Assembly: GCA_951406725.2 (NCBI GenBank)
Contig: OX597837.1
Location: 36,580,001-36,644,000, forward strand
From: Octopus vulgaris
Taxonomy: Eukaryota
Reading direction: 5' to 3'
Length of the DNA stretch: 64,000 nucleotides
Shown here: in pieces, positions 41,822 through 56,191 of the stretch
Numbering within the stretch: position 1 is the first letter of the stretch
Layout: each line of letters starts with the position of its first letter
Program-made: the position numbers and the translations under genes
The notes under the pieces: generated by a model
The model's input: only the letters and a program-made list of their open reading frames with translations
What the model was told of the DNA's origin: nothing
Databases searched by the model: none

Positions 41822-42050
41822 GGAGGGAGGGAGATAGATAGATAGATGTATGGAGTATATACACATGTATGTGTATCTGTATATATTTGTGTACATATGT
41901 TTGTGTGTGTATGCGCCTCTTTGAGCGAGCAAGCGAGAGAGTGTGTATGTTCGTATGTATGGAAACACTTAACGTAATTATAGGTGTTAAGGTATTTTCA
42001 AATCCTTTCGCAGGTACACAGGGTGTATAAACAGTTGTTGTTGCTGTTGG

Positions 42051-42132
<82 letters not shown>

Positions 42133-42210
42133 GCTGCTGTTGCTGTTGTTGTTGTCACTGCTGCTGCGATTGTCGTTGTTTTTTTTACTACTGCGCTGCT
42201 GCTGTTGCTG

Positions 42211-42254
<44 letters not shown>

Positions 42255-42346
42255 GATGGTGGTGATTGTGGTGGTGGTGGTGATGATGATGATGGTGGTG
42301 GTGGTGGTGATGGTGGTGATGGTGGTGGTGGTGGTGGTGGTGGTGA

Positions 42347-42380
<34 letters not shown>

Positions 42381-42432
42381 GGTGGTGGTGGTGGTGGTGG
42401 TGGTGATGATGATAATGATGATGGTGATGATG

Positions 42433-42463
<31 letters not shown>

Positions 42464-42869
42464 GGATGATGATGATGATGATGATGGGGATGATGATGAT
42501 GATGATGGGGATGATGATGATGATGGGGATGATGATGATGATGATGTCGCCGCTGCTTCGGTTGTTGTTGTTGTTATTGTTACCACTGCTGTTATCGTTG
42601 TTGTTAGTATCGTTTTGCCCCTACCCCTCCCCCGATAAGGCTGTGATCGACCAAATGACCCAACCGTGACCACCCCTGCCTCTCTGTTTATTTCAGTGTA
42701 TTAAGAAACCAGTAACTACACCACCATTATCCCACGTGTTGTTTTGTTTTCTTGCACTGAAGAGCGTGATTTTGAAGGAAATTTGGCTGCTCTTTCTAGC
42801 AGGTTGGACTGCGGTGCACAGGGACCACCCGTTGGGTGGATTGGTATGGCTTTATGTAGATGGGTGGTG

Positions 42870-43882
42870 GGGAGAGAAGCCAGGGCAGATAGAGTGCAAG
42901 TGAGAGAGAGAGAGGGGGATAGAAAGGGAGAGAGAGATAGGAAGAAAGTGGGGAAGAGAAGGAGGGAGAGGTATAGTGAGAGATATGTAGGTAGGTGAAA
43001 GATTTGAGAAAGAGAGAGCGAGAGAGCAAGAGAAGAAGAGAGAGGGATAGAGAGAATGGGTGACAGAGCAAGGCAAAGTGCAAGAGAGAAAGAGAGGGAG
43101 AAGGGGACACACCGAGAGAAAGGAAGATGTTGAGTAGTGAAAGATGTATATGAGAGAGAAGGGGAGACAGAGAGAGAGAGAGAGCAAGGAAGAGAGAGTA
43201 AGATAGAGTGCAAGAGAGAGGGGCAGAGAGGGAGAGAGAGAGAAAGAGAGAGCAAGGCAGGCAGTGTAAGGGGGAATGGGAGAGGGAGAGAGACGGAGAC
43301 AGAGAGAGAGAGTGAGTGAGTGAGAGGTAAAGAAAAAGAGAGAGAGAGGCGAGTGATAAGCAAAGATTTGGCGGAAAAGTAATTTTGGACAAACAGATCG
43401 ATAGATAGAGAGATAGAGAGATAGAGAGATAGAGAGATAGAGAGATAGAGAGAAGGAGGAGGAGACACACACCGAGAGAAAGGGAGAAAGTGAGTGATAA
43501 AGCGAGAGCTGTTGAGTGGAGAAAGGTGTATATGAGAGAGAAGGTGGAGAGAGAAAGAGCAAGGAAGAGAGAGTACAAGAGAGGGAGAGACAAAAAGCGA
43601 AAGAGGAGAGAGAGCAAGGCAGACGGTGCAAGAGGGAAAGGGAGAGGGAGAGAAACAGAGAGAGAGAGAGAGTCGGTGAGTGAGTGAGTGAGTGAGAGGT
43701 AAAAAAAGAGAAAGAGGGAAAGGGACGGGTGATAAGCAAAGAGTTGGTAGAAAAGTAATTTTGGATAGTCAAACAGATCGATAGAGAGAGAGATAGAGTG
43801 AGCGAGAGAGAGAGGAGGAGGAAAGTGTGATAGAGAGGAGAGAGGGGAGACAGAGTGAGTAAGGGAAGAGAAGGAGAGAGAG

Positions 43883-43963
<81 letters not shown>

Positions 43964-44203
43964 CCCTTACACACACATAGATAGATGGGTGAGTAGACCC
44001 AATCAAATAAATTCTCAAATTCCATCCCATTCCCTCTTATTTTCTTAATCTTTTCCGAGTAATCACTCTCTCTCTCTCTTTCTTACTTTCTCTCTTTCTT
44101 ACTTTCTCTTTACTTTAACTCTCTATTTCTTTCTTTATGTGTCTGTATATCTGTCGATATATCTATCTCTGTATCTATCTCTCTTTCCTTCTATATATCT
44201 GTG

Positions 44204-44234
<31 letters not shown>

Positions 44235-44420
44235 TTATCTGTCTACCCCTCTGTAGCTATTTGTCTATCCTTCTATCTCTCTATCTATCTATCTCCCTAT
44301 CTGTTTAGAGAAAGATAGAGAGAGATAAAGAGAGCAAGAGAGAGAGAGGAGGAAAGTGTGATAGAGAGGAGAGAAGGGGACAAAGAGAAAAGGGAAGAGA
44401 AGGAGAGAGGGAGATAGATA
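42870..44420. repeat. GA-rich low-complexity block with internal duplications
   Basis: GTGATAAGCAAAG..GAAAAGTAATTTTGGA..AAACAGATCGATAG occurs twice (~43353 and ~43729); GGAAAGTGTGATAGAGAGGAGA occurs twice. Confidence 0.8.
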
Positions 44421-44421
44421 A

Positions 44422-44496
<75 letters not shown>

Positions 44497-44675
44497 TAAA
44501 TTCCTCTATTTATTTTGCTGTATTTCTTTATCTCCGTCTTTCTCCTTGCCACACGCCGAACTTTCGCTTTCTTTTAACGCGCGCGTAGAAACACGCACGC
44601 ACGCACTCACACACACACACAGACTTTTATTTTTCCATTTTGCAGATTCTGGTTTCTTCCATCCACTCTTCACAC

Positions 44676-44709
<34 letters not shown>

Positions 44710-45014
44710 TCCAAGGGTTTCCATCTTTTGCTACCAACCAAGTGACATTAATGAGATGCGTCAATGGAAATCTACGTGGACGACGTCATAGCAGAATACG
44801 GAGCCTCGTTTTGAGAGACAATCTTGGTCGTCTGCTTCAATGAATCAATATTGCTGATGCAGACGATATCCGGTAAAAAGAAAGCGGAGATGGACGACAA
44901 CTGAAGATTTGAGATTAGTATCAATGTAAGAACACACATGGACAAGGTTGTTATAGTTAGATTAGTGACAGGAGAGATGGATGGATGAATGGCGTATATA
45001 TATATATATATATA

Positions 45015-45257
45015 TACTCTTTTACTCTTTTACTTGTTTCAGTCATTTGACTGCGGCCATGTTGGAGCACCGCCTTTAGTCGACAAAATCGACCCAGGAC
45101 TTATTCTTTGTAAGCCTAGTATTTATTCTATCGTTTTTGTTTTTTTGCCGAACCGCTAAGTTACGGGGACGTAAACACACCAGCATCGGTTGTCAAGAGA
45201 TGTTGGAGGACAAACACAGACACACAAACATGCACGCACGCACACACAAACACACAC

Positions 45258-45330
<73 letters not shown>

Positions 45331-45639
45331 GACGGGCTTCTTTCAGTTTCTGTCTACCAAATCCACTCACAAGGCTTTGGTTGGCCCGAGGCTGTAGTAC
45401 AAGACACTTGCACAAGGTGCCATGCAGTGGGACTGAACCCGGAACCATGTGGTTGGTAAGCAAGCTACTTACCACACAGCCACTCCTGATTCCGGGATCA
45501 GTCCCACTGCGTGACACCTTGACCATGCGTCTTCTACTATAGCCTCGAGCCGGCCAAAGCCTTGTGAGTAGATTTGGTAGACGGAAACTGAAAGAAGCCG
45601 TCGTATATATATATATGTACATATATATATATATATACA

Positions 45640-45679
<40 letters not shown>

Positions 45680-45681
45680 TC

Positions 45682-45739
<58 letters not shown>

Positions 45740-46005
45740 TTATATATGCATTTATGTATGTATTTATATGTATATGGGTGTGTATGCATGTTTATGAGTA
45801 AATTTAACTATACATATACATGTAGATGTATATGTATGTGTATGTGTGTGTATGTGTACGTGTGTGTGTGTGTGTGTGCGCGCGCGTGCGCGTCTTCCTG
45901 CTTGTCCTCCACTATAGTTTAACAGGTGGTGTTGGTTTGTTTACGTTTCAAACATGTAACGATTCCGCAAAAGAGAACGACAGGCTAAGTGCCAAACATT
46001 AAAAA
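45015..46005. mobile_element. Head-to-head pair of family A SINEs
   Basis: Minus copy 45015-45488 abuts plus copy 45490-46005. Confidence 0.8.
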
Positions 46006-46242
46006 GGTAATAATAATAATAATCCGTTCTACTAAAGGCACGAGGCCAGCCCTTTCGAGGAAGGAGCTAAATCGGTTATATTGACCCCAATGTTCAACTG
46101 GTACTTAATTTATCGACCTCGAAAGGATGAAAGGCAAAGTCGCCCTCGACGGAATTTGAACTCAAACTATTAAGACGTTCGAAATATTGCTAAGCATTTT
46201 GCCCGGTGTGCTAATCATCCTGCCAGCTCACCACCGTCAATA

Positions 46243-46328
<86 letters not shown>

Positions 46329-46444
46329 TCGTTCGTTTATTGGCCACAAGGCTAACAAAAATCAATTAAAACATAAAGGGACAAAAACACAGGACAAAAG
46401 TTACGAAGGGTTTTGTCCGTTTAAAAAAAGTCCGTGTACAAAAG

Positions 46445-46528
<84 letters not shown>

Positions 46529-46605
46529 CCATGCGATTTGTGGAAACGCGCGTAGCGATGCATAAAATATTTATAAATTCAATCCATAGGTTATTATCAT
46601 CATCA

Positions 46606-46663
<58 letters not shown>

Positions 46664-46664
46664 C

Positions 46665-47283
46665 GATTATCTCTAGAGGCCTTCTTATATCAGGAGGGCC
46701 ACATCTCTATCATCTTCCACGTCATTTTTTTTTAAACCTTTGTATGCTGTGCACATGTCCCTTCTTTTTCAGTGTATACCGTATATACTTTCTTTCTGTT
46801 CCCCTTTTTTTTATCACTTCATTATATGTAAATTTCTCCCACCCACCCCAACACCTTATGCCTGTCTTTGTATTGTCCCCCTTATCCTTCGCCCTTGAAA
46901 CAAATAAATGAGATCATTATTAGCGTGCTTTCACTTCACTACCGAGCGCAGCTCAGTGTGCCTTGGGTATGTGCTGTGTTTTGTTGTGATGCTCTGATGG
47001 TTACTGTATTGAAAGGGTTCTGCGTAGGATGTGTGCCGTGCCTAGTAGTGCAATTTTGTGTATGTTATATGTGTTTGTAAGTCCTGGTGTTTTTGTTATG
47101 TATTTGTCCGAATATTCTTTTATCATGCCTAATGCACCTACTATGATAGGAATTGTTTCTGTTTTTAGATTCCACATTCGAGTTACCTCTATTTCCAGGT
47201 CTTTGTATTTTGAAAGTGTCTCCATTTCTTTTAGAGACACGCTGTCATCTGCTGGTATTGATACATCAATTAGAAAGCATTTT
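46665..47283 (-). mobile_element. 5'-truncated R4/Dong-like non-LTR retrotransposon (RLE domain end plus 3' UTR)
   Basis: KCFLIDVSIPADDSVSLKEMETLSKYKDLEIEVTRMW..IPIIVGALG..ALLGTAHILRRTL*; both sides flanked by (TAA)n. The UTR end is approximate. Confidence 0.85.
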
Positions 47284-47291
47284 TATTATTA

Positions 47292-47360
<69 letters not shown>

Positions 47361-47362
<2 letters not shown>

Positions 47363-48200
47363 CTGTGCATGTAAGCGAAAGCAGGACATTGTAATCACTC
47401 GTCTTTGTCTGCCTGTGTTTTCAGAATTACTGGAAAATGGCTGAACGAATTTTCACCAAATTTGGCAGAAATACTCATTGGGTGAGTGGCTCGAAATGAT
47501 GAATATTTGATTTGATTATCGTGTGTTTGTATGTGCGAGCATGCGTGCAGTTGTGTGCCTGCGTGTGTACAGTGATGGATTCGAGGGTTTCGTTTATTTA
47601 CGAGCTAATTTCTTAATTTCACCGAAATATAAAACCTATAATGGTGATACTTCAAACAAAAATTGTTGGTTTTTTTTTAATCTAATTTACAAATTTCCCG
47701 ATAAGCAAGTGGTCATATTATTTATATCCTACAACGAACTACTGCACGTTTGATTCACCTGCCATCATTGAAAGACGTTGAAAACACTTCTCAAATCCTA
47801 TGCAATATTTTCTATAAGCATCTCATTTTGTTCACTTTCTTTTTCATAAACATGATTATTCATATTCATGATTATTATTTGAATAATCATTTATTTAGTC
47901 ATTGCAAATTGCATGTTGAACTTTCCCAAAACAACTTTTGATTTTCTTGTCAATTCGCATTTTAGCATTTCACTGTAAAACTATTGAATTGATTCTTCAG
48001 CGAAAAATTGGAGAAGAATCTTCATTTTATGTTATTTCTTTTATTATTATTATTATTATTATTATTTTAATTCTAAACCCACTAAAATAACAAACATTCA
48101 AATTTCTTTGCCAAGTTGTATTTTAATGTTTTCGCGAAAATGATTTGCGAAAAACTTTTATCTGCACGCAGTGTATGCGTCACCCCTTCCATGCATTTTT
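47361..48200 (+). mobile_element. Helentron-associated (HINE/DINE-1-like) non-autonomous element
   Basis: 5' TACCCTGTGCA, GTCT-type microsatellite seed, conserved-looking CTGAACGAATTTTCACCAAATTTGG core, and a 3' inverted sub-terminal match TGCACGCAGTGTA. Confidence 0.5.
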
Positions 48201-48447
48201 TCATTATTATTAATGTTGTTGTTGTTGTTGTTGTTGTTGTTGTAATGGCGACGAGATAGCAGAATCGTTAAGCACGCTAGACGAAATTCTTAGCGGCATT
48301 TCGCCCGTCGCTATACGTTCTGAGTTCAAGTTCCGCTGAAGACGACTTTGCCATACGTCCTTTCGGTGTCGATAAAATAAGTACCAGTTGACTATTGGGT
48401 GGATATATATGTGTGTGTGTGTGTGCGTGTGTGTGTGTGTGTTTGAT

Positions 48448-50470
48448 TTATCACAGCTGAGGAGGCTTTGTCGAACTGCGGCGAGAACAAGTCACCAGGA
48501 CTAGATGGTCTCCCCTACGAGCTTTATAACAGTATCAGACTTGTTCGGGCACCTACTGGTATGTGTCCTCACCAACTGATAATAGAATGGGTTTAAACCC
48601 AGATCTGTGAGCCGGGGAGTGGTGACGCTGCTTAGAAAGGAGCCAAACAAGGAGGATATTATAAATAATTTCAGGCCCATCACTCTGTTTAACACAGAAT
48701 TGAATATTTTGGCCAAGATGTTAGCAAAAAAGTTGGCACGTGTCGTGGGTGGAATCGTCGAGGAGGCACAAACTTGTGCCGTTCCTAGCAGATCCATACA
48801 CGACAATCTCCACCTTCTACGCTACACCTTAGAGAGGGTTAACGGGTCTCCTAGCCAGGGTGGGGCGCTGGTTCCTTTAGACCAGTCCAAAGCTTTTGAC
48901 AGGGTTGACCATCGGTATCTTGGGTCGGTTCTCGCGGCATTCGGGCTTGGCCCCGTCTTCCGCGGGTGGATCATTGCTTTATACAGCAACATCGGGTTCT
49001 TCTCGAAGCCGTTCAACATCAAACGCTCGGTTCGTCAAGGGTGTCCTCTATCCCCACTTTCTATAGCCTACGGAAGTTTGAGAGCTTGGGAGGCGTCCCA
49101 CGCGATCTAGGTGGCAGTAGGAAGGTTTCGGCGTATGCGGATGACATCACCATCATCGTGTCCGAGATAGTACACCTACAGAGTGTAGGCAAAGCCATTA
49201 AGGACTACGAGGCGGTGGTAGGAGCATAAGTTAACCGAGATGGGTCAGTCGGCACCTGGAGAGGCAGACGATACCTCCCAACAGCGTCGTAGAGCATTAG
49301 ACGGAGGGCCCGGTTAAAATGCTAGGGTTTGGTTTGGTCCAGACCTCCAGATAGAGAAGAATTGGAGCGAGGTGACAAGCAGGGTGACCTACCAAAATCA
49401 GACCTGGTCTCAGCGGAGGCTATCCCTAAAAGGAAGGACGGAAGTCGAAGGAGTGTTTATCGCTTCTGTGATTACTTACCGCCTAACCGTTGTGCCGTGC
49501 CCCATTCGTGGACGATCAAGTTGGAGCGGCTGCTCTTCTGCTTTTTGTGGAGTGGTAGAAGTCCTCTTGTAAAGCGCCCTGTCTACTGCCAGCACACGCT
49601 AAAGAGTGGGCTAGGGATGCCTTGGCTGTTGATGCGCAGACATGCGCTGAGGCCGAGGTATATGTGGCTCTACCTGGATGGTGAACAGGTGTGGTCTCCG
49701 TTCGTTCGGTCGTTACTTCCTGAGTTTACTAGTTTGAGTGAACTAGGACCTTGGATCAAGTGTAGACCAAAGTTGGGTGCTTGGCGAGCGGAGTGTCGTG
49801 AGGCACTCAAGCTTCTTTGTCACACGGGCAACACCAGTGGCGGGGGTTCCACCTCCGCTTTCTATAGAGGGCTGGAAGAAACTCAGTGTGACGACCTCCT
49901 GGGGAAGACTAGGCTTCGATGGGAATCAACTAAGCAGTCTATTCCGAAGGACATTCGGACCAGGACCCTTGGATAACTTCCAGGGATCCCTGACCTAGCA
50001 GTGTTACCGAGGAGCCTTACCAGTTCGCGATAAACTCGCAAGGCATGGTGCCCCTTGCGCACCCACGTGTCCAAGACGCGAGCAGGACAGGGAAATCGTT
50101 CTGCACGCAATTGTGCAATGCCTCAAAATCTCTGAGTTGTGGGTTTACGTTGAACATCTGCTGTCACGGCTGGGAAGAGTACAACTGTCTTCCGAGTCGG
50201 TTGTAAAGATTGTTCCTCCTGCCTCTTTTAACAAAGAAGGCAAGGCTTGTTTTCTCGCTGTGGTCGCTACAGCGAAAGAAGCTGTATGGAAGACCCGCGT
50301 GAAAGGAATCGTGACAGGTACACTCATCTCCAGCCTTGGACTGGTCCATTACTTCATCTACCACCTTAAGAGGAAAATAAGGGTGGAGAGAAAATGCCTG
50401 TAACCTGATGTATATGGAAAAAAGATGGAAGGCTGTGGCGCGTTTGTTGCGAATGAATGAACCCACATGG
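48448..50470 (+). mobile_element. Decayed 5'-truncated L1/Tx1-clade LINE ORF2 (reverse transcriptase and C-terminus)
   Basis: KSPGLDGLPYE, FRPITLFNTELNILAK, LDQSKAFDRVDH, VRQGCPLSPL, SAYADDIT and GLGMP motifs; multiple stops and frameshifts. Confidence 0.92.
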
Positions 50471-50494
50471 TGTATCCATAAGGTTATACTATAC

Positions 50495-50771
50495 CAGTGG
50501 TTTTCAACCAGGGTTCCGCCAGCACAGTCCAGGGGTTCCGCCAGCACAGTCCAGGGGTTCCGCCAGCACAGTCCAGGAGTTCCGCCAGCACAGTCCAGGA
50601 GTTCCGCCAGTACAGTCCAGGGGTTCCGCAAGAAGTTACAAAACTGTTAAAATCGGCAGTAATTTTTAATTCTCCTGTGCATATGACTATTAAATTATTG
50701 CACAGGGGTTCCTCGAGCCAGTGGAATGTTCCCTTGGGGTTCCGCTCCAGCAAAAAGTTTGAAAAGCACTG
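50495..50771. mobile_element. hAT (Charlie-like) MITE with internal 21 bp tandem repeat
   Basis: TIRs CAGTGGTTTTCAA/TTGAAAAGCACTG; imperfect 8 bp TSD TACTATAC/TACTAGAG; ~5.5 copies of GGGTTCCGCCAGCACAGTCCA. Confidence 0.8.
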
Positions 50772-50999
50772 TACTAGAGGTTACAGTGGTGGCACGGGGC
50801 TTACGGGGTCGAAGCAAAACCCGTCCCCCTCATCATTGCGCATTTGTTTTGCTTATCATTTGTTTAGCATTCGATTATATAAATGTTTAACTTTTCACCT
50901 CTGTATGAAAACCATACGCACCATCGACCCCTCCCTCATTTGTACCATCCCTCTATGTTTAGTCCCCTGTAGGCAATAAAGAAAACGTGGTTATAATCA

Positions 51000-52285
51000 T
51001 CTGAAATGGAACTGTCAAAGCGCGATATTCGAGCAATTTTGATATTCAACTTCAGAAAAGAACGTAAAGCAGCTGAAACTGCTCACGATATCAACGAAAT
51101 GTTTGGTAAAGAAATGACCAGTCAGTGGTCAGCTCGAAAATGGTTTAAACGATTTCGCAGTGAAGACCTGAGCCTTGAAGAGTGTGAGAAAGATCCACGA
51201 AAAATCACTCGAGAACTAGCAAAAGAAATTCAAGAAAACCAGAAAACTGCCTGCAGCCATTTCCATGCGATCGGAAAATCAAAAAAGCTCGACAAATGGC
51301 TACCACACGATTTGAAATAAAAATCAGAAAATGCGCAGATATGAAATTTACTCGTCACTTCTCCGTAACCAGACCTATTTCTTTATTATCCACAAGGGGC
51401 TAAACATAGAGAGGACAAACATGGACAGACATAGGTATTAAGTCGATTATATCGACCCCAGTGCTTAACTGGTACTTAATTTATCGACCCCGAAAGGATG
51501 AAAGGCAAAGTCGACCACGGCGGAATTTGAACTCACAACGTAACGGCAGCCGAAATACCGCTAAGCATTTCGCCCGACGTGCTAACGATTCTGATAGCTC
51601 GCCGCCTTTTTCTCCGTAACCAGACCGATTCATTTCTCGACCGTATTGTAACTTGCGATGAAAAGTGGACTCTGTACAATAATAAAGAAAAAAACATTTT
51701 TCGCAATGGTTGGACCAAAATGAAGCACCGAAAAATCTTCCTTAAATCCGAGCTCTTCAAAAAGAAGGTTATAGTGACTGCTTGATGGTGTACTGTTGGA
51801 CTCGTCCACTATAACTTCTTAAAACCCGGAAAAACCATTACTGCAGAAACATATTGGCATGAAATTGCCAAAATGAACAAAAAGCCGCTACTCCTCTGTC
51901 TCAGTCTGGTCAACAGAAGAGGGTCAATCATTCTTCATGACAATGCTCAACCACGTTTCACTAATGACGCTCCAGGAGTTGAGGGAACTTGGCTACGAAG
52001 TTCTTCCCCGCCAAGCTTATTCCCCAGACCTTTCTCCTACAGGCCTACCACTTTTTCAAGCACCTTGATGGTTTCCTTCGAGAGAAGGAGTTGAAACATC
52101 AAATCGATGCTGAAAGTGCGATCAAAGAGTTCATCAGCTCCAGAACTCCATACTTTTATGATATCGGAATAAACTAACTTGTAACTCGTTGGCAAAAATG
52201 TGTTGATTGTAATAGTATTTACTTTGAGGAAAAAAATTACCGCATTGTTGAAATACATTGTGATGAATTTCATGTTTCAAAACAT
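51000..52285 (+). mobile_element. Decayed mariner (DD34D) transposon interrupted by a SINE
   Basis: N-terminal HTH (KAAETAHDINEMFG..RKWFKRFR), KLDKWLPHDL, RIVTCDEKW, ILHDNAQP and a remnant of YSPDL..YHFF; stops and frameshifts present. Confidence 0.9.
51376..51609 (-). mobile_element. SINE family B, full length with 17 bp TSD
   Basis: TSD TTCTCCGTAACCAGACC at 51359-51375 and 51610-51626; B-box-like GAGTTCAAATTCC. Confidence 0.9.
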
Positions 52286-52305
52286 TGCTTACTTTTTACT
52301 GAGCA

Positions 52306-52346
<41 letters not shown>

Positions 52347-52522
52347 CAGAGTGACATATATATAAAGATTGATAGAGACATTATATTCATGTATAATATA
52401 TTTTGTATACATACATACATATATACACACACACACACACATACATACATACATACATACATACATACATACATACATACATACACACATACATACACAC
52501 ACACATGCATGCATATTTATGT

Positions 52523-52610
52523 ATAGTAATCCCTCGACTATCGCGGGTGTTACATTTCAAAACCACCCCGTGATAAGTGAAAATCCGCGAAATAGAAACG
52601 GTACTGTACT
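52523..52610 (+). mobile_element. pogo/Tigger-like element left end
   Basis: TAGTAATCCCTCGACTATCGCGG...GTGAAAATCCGCGA resembles Tigger-type termini; no right TIR found. Confidence 0.4.
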
Positions 52611-52745
52611 GTATTTTTTTTTTTTTTTTTTTGTAATAATTCGTATATATTTTATTATAAATGCAGAAGAACACCACAGAGGAATCGATGTGAGCTTAAA
52701 TAATAAACCGCGATATGGCAAGGGATTACTGTACAGACATACACC

Positions 52746-52871
<126 letters not shown>

Positions 52872-53295
52872 TGTTTCTTTCTTCTTTTCTTTCTCTGAAG
52901 CTAATGGACGAACACACAAAACATACAATATGTATGTCGCACTTATAATATTCCCATTATTAGAACTGCTTTAATTCAAAATTTAATTCCGTTTCGCTCG
53001 TGCTATGCCAAAGCACATCAATCAAACTTTACACTATTTGCATTTATACCTCAGACCAGCGAGTCGGTGTGTTCAATGATGAGTCGAGTGTGCGGTGCTG
53101 AAGAGCTGAAAGTACTGTGAAATATCGATATCTACCTTGCTTGTTCATCTACGACGCGAATTGTCTCCCTTGATCGGAGCGATTCAGTGTTGTGTAACAC
53201 AGTGTCAATAAGGAACGTTTCGCAGGACGCTCTCCCGCTGCTGACGGGCGTATAAGAAATACTAACAAAAATACAAATAATATGTATATATAATA

Positions 53296-53458
53296 GGTGC
53301 AGGAGTAGCTGTGTGGTAAGTAGCTTGCTTACCAACCACATGGTTCCGGGTTCAGTCCCACTGCGTGGCACCTTGGACAAGTGTCTCCTACTATAGCCTC
53401 GGGCCGACCAAAGCCTTGTGATTGGATTTGGTAGACGGAAACTGAAAGAAGCCCGTCG

Positions 53459-53491
<33 letters not shown>

Positions 53492-53733
53492 CTGTATGTG
53501 TGTGTGTGTGCGTGTGTGTTTGTGTGTCTGTGTTTGTACCCCTAGCATTGCTTAACAACCGATGCTGGTGTGTTTATGTCCCCGTCACTTAGCGGTCCGG
53601 CAAAAGAGACCGATAGAATAAGTACTGGGCTTACAAAGAATAAGTCCAGGGGTCGAGTTGCTCGACTAAAGGCGGTGCTCCAGCATGGCCGCAGTCAAAA
53701 TGACTGAAACAAGTAAAAGAGTAAAAGAGAGAG
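53296..53733 (+). mobile_element. SINE family A, full length (tRNA head, CORE-like block, internal TA/TG microsatellite, GTAAAAGA tail)
   Basis: A box TAGCTGTGTGG, B box GGTTCAGTCCC, CORE-like ACCTTGG.CAAGTG; many matching copies in the window. Confidence 0.85.
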
Positions 53734-54004
53734 TAATAATATGTATACTTTCAGGGATTTACCAGTTCCTTCAGGGGTCTCCTTCCTCTGGGATTGAGAC
53801 GCTGTAGGATTTTGCTTGATGTTTCGATATAAATGATCAAATGAGTTAGTTTTCTGTATTATACTTCTCTATATGATATACATTTACATCATATAATGCT
53901 AAATGGGAATATTGATATAAAACATATGTATATAATTTGATATGTTGAAATAAATACTTCACGGTTACGAAACGGCTGTAAGCATATAGAAATCGTGTGA
54001 ATAA

Positions 54005-54212
54005 GAGTCTTTTCTACTCTAGGCACAAGGCCCGAAATTTTGGGGGAGGAGCCAGTCGATTAGATCAACCTCAGTACGCAATTAGTATTTAATTTATCGA
54101 CGCCCGAAAGGATGAAAGACAAAGTTGACCCCAGCGGAATTTGAACACAGAACATAAAGACAGACGAAATATCGCTAAGCATTTAGCCCGGCGTGCTAAC
54201 GTTTCTGCCAGC
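54005..54212 (-). mobile_element. SINE family B with 12 bp TSD
   Basis: TCGTGTGAATAA on both sides. Confidence 0.85.
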
Positions 54213-54491
54213 TCGTGTGAATAATAATCTATATTCACATCTCCTGCTTCCTGATTTTATTATTATTAAATGAAGGAGTTTATATTATATTTATTTGTTT
54301 GTTTGTGTGACTGTTGTTCATGTGTGAAAGACAGAGGGAGAGAGCGGAGGAGAAGAAGGAGGAGGAGGATGGGTGTACAGAAAGAGCGAGAAAGGAGGAA
54401 GGAAAGTGGGTTAGAAGGAGAGACGGGGAGAGAGGAAGAGATAGTGAGAAAAGTAAAAGTAAAAGCGAAAAAAGAAAGATAGATAGATAGG

Positions 54492-54542
<51 letters not shown>

Positions 54543-54579
54543 GTAGGTAGGTAGGTAGGTAGGTAGGTAGGTAGGTAGG

Positions 54580-54630
<51 letters not shown>

Positions 54631-54667
54631 GTAGGTAGGTAGGTAGGTAGGTAGGTAGGTAGGTAGG

Positions 54668-54737
<70 letters not shown>

Positions 54738-54743
54738 TGTAGG

Positions 54744-54815
<72 letters not shown>

Positions 54816-55196
54816 AAAGGAGGCGAAAAGAGAGAGGACTAGAGAGATAGGGTGAGCGAAAGGGCAACACAGAGACAAAATGGGAAAAAATAGATAAAGA
54901 GGAACAGATAGAGGTTGATAGAGTTAAAGAGCAAGAGTGATGAGAGATTGAGAGAGAGAGAGAAAGAGAGGGAGAGAGAGAATTAAAAGCAAGATATTGA
55001 CTCAAGTTTCATATGATATATCACACCCTCTCCCTACCCTTTGCTCGCTTTCCCCTCATCAATTATAGAAATAAGTAAATAAGATATCTCTATGTTTACG
55101 TAAATATCGCTCTATCACTCACGTCCTCTTTCCCCCCCCCCCTTCAGTTATCACACACACACACTCTTACATGCGTGTGTGTGTGTATTTGAATGA

Positions 55197-55294
<98 letters not shown>

Positions 55295-55971
55295 GTATGT
55301 TTGTGTTCATAAATATAACTTATTGCTTTACAGGCTGAGTTTCCGCCATCTAAAAAACAAATCCGTGAGTCTAGATGATAAAACAAAAAATTATTTTATA
55401 TTTCATGAGATATACATTTACAAACAGACTTCTCGACGCAACGAGAAACAGAACAAGCCGGTTGTTATCGAAATCTTTCACAAATAAATAGTCTTCACAC
55501 GATTGCATTTTAAATAATAATAACAAAAATAAACGAGAAACGAAATGTCGTCTGCTATTGTATCCTGTTTCCCCGCCATAATCGCAGCTGGTCGCCATTT
55601 TACTGTTTCAATAATAAATTATAAAACGTCTGTCTCTCGTCGTTTCTGTTGTTTTGCTTCGTTTTCTGGTCATTGTATTGCGTGTTTTCCAATAAAATAC
55701 GTGATTTTTATGACCCACGGAAAAATATCAATATGAAAAGACGATGAATATGAGATATCGTTTATAATATATGACCGGAAACGTTTTAATATATATCGCC
55801 ATTTTTGTGTCTTGTTTGTTAGTTTTACTTGTTTATTTATAGTTTTTTTTGTTTCCAGAAATCATTATTTGCTTGTTTGTTTTTCATTTGCGTTAAATAA
55901 CAAAAAAACAACCCACATTTGCCTTTATTTTTTTCAATCGAAAATTTTTCCATTAAGGATTAATATGTATA

Positions 55972-56043
<72 letters not shown>

Positions 56044-56085
56044 AATGCATATATAGATATATATATTAATATATGCATATATATC

Positions 56086-56126
<41 letters not shown>

Positions 56127-56153
56127 TATATATCGCATATGTTATACATACAT

Positions 56154-56191
<38 letters not shown>

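Noticed and set aside
42716-44030. Long Ser/Leu-rich minus-strand ORFs
   Set aside because: Products of GA/CT low complexity.
50511-50630. CRISPR-like 21 bp repeats
   Set aside because: Contiguous tandem units with no spacers, internal to a hAT MITE.
53093-53123. CTGAAGAG-CT-GAAAGTACTG hammerhead-like string
   Set aside because: No stem II, G at the cleavage position and no stem I.
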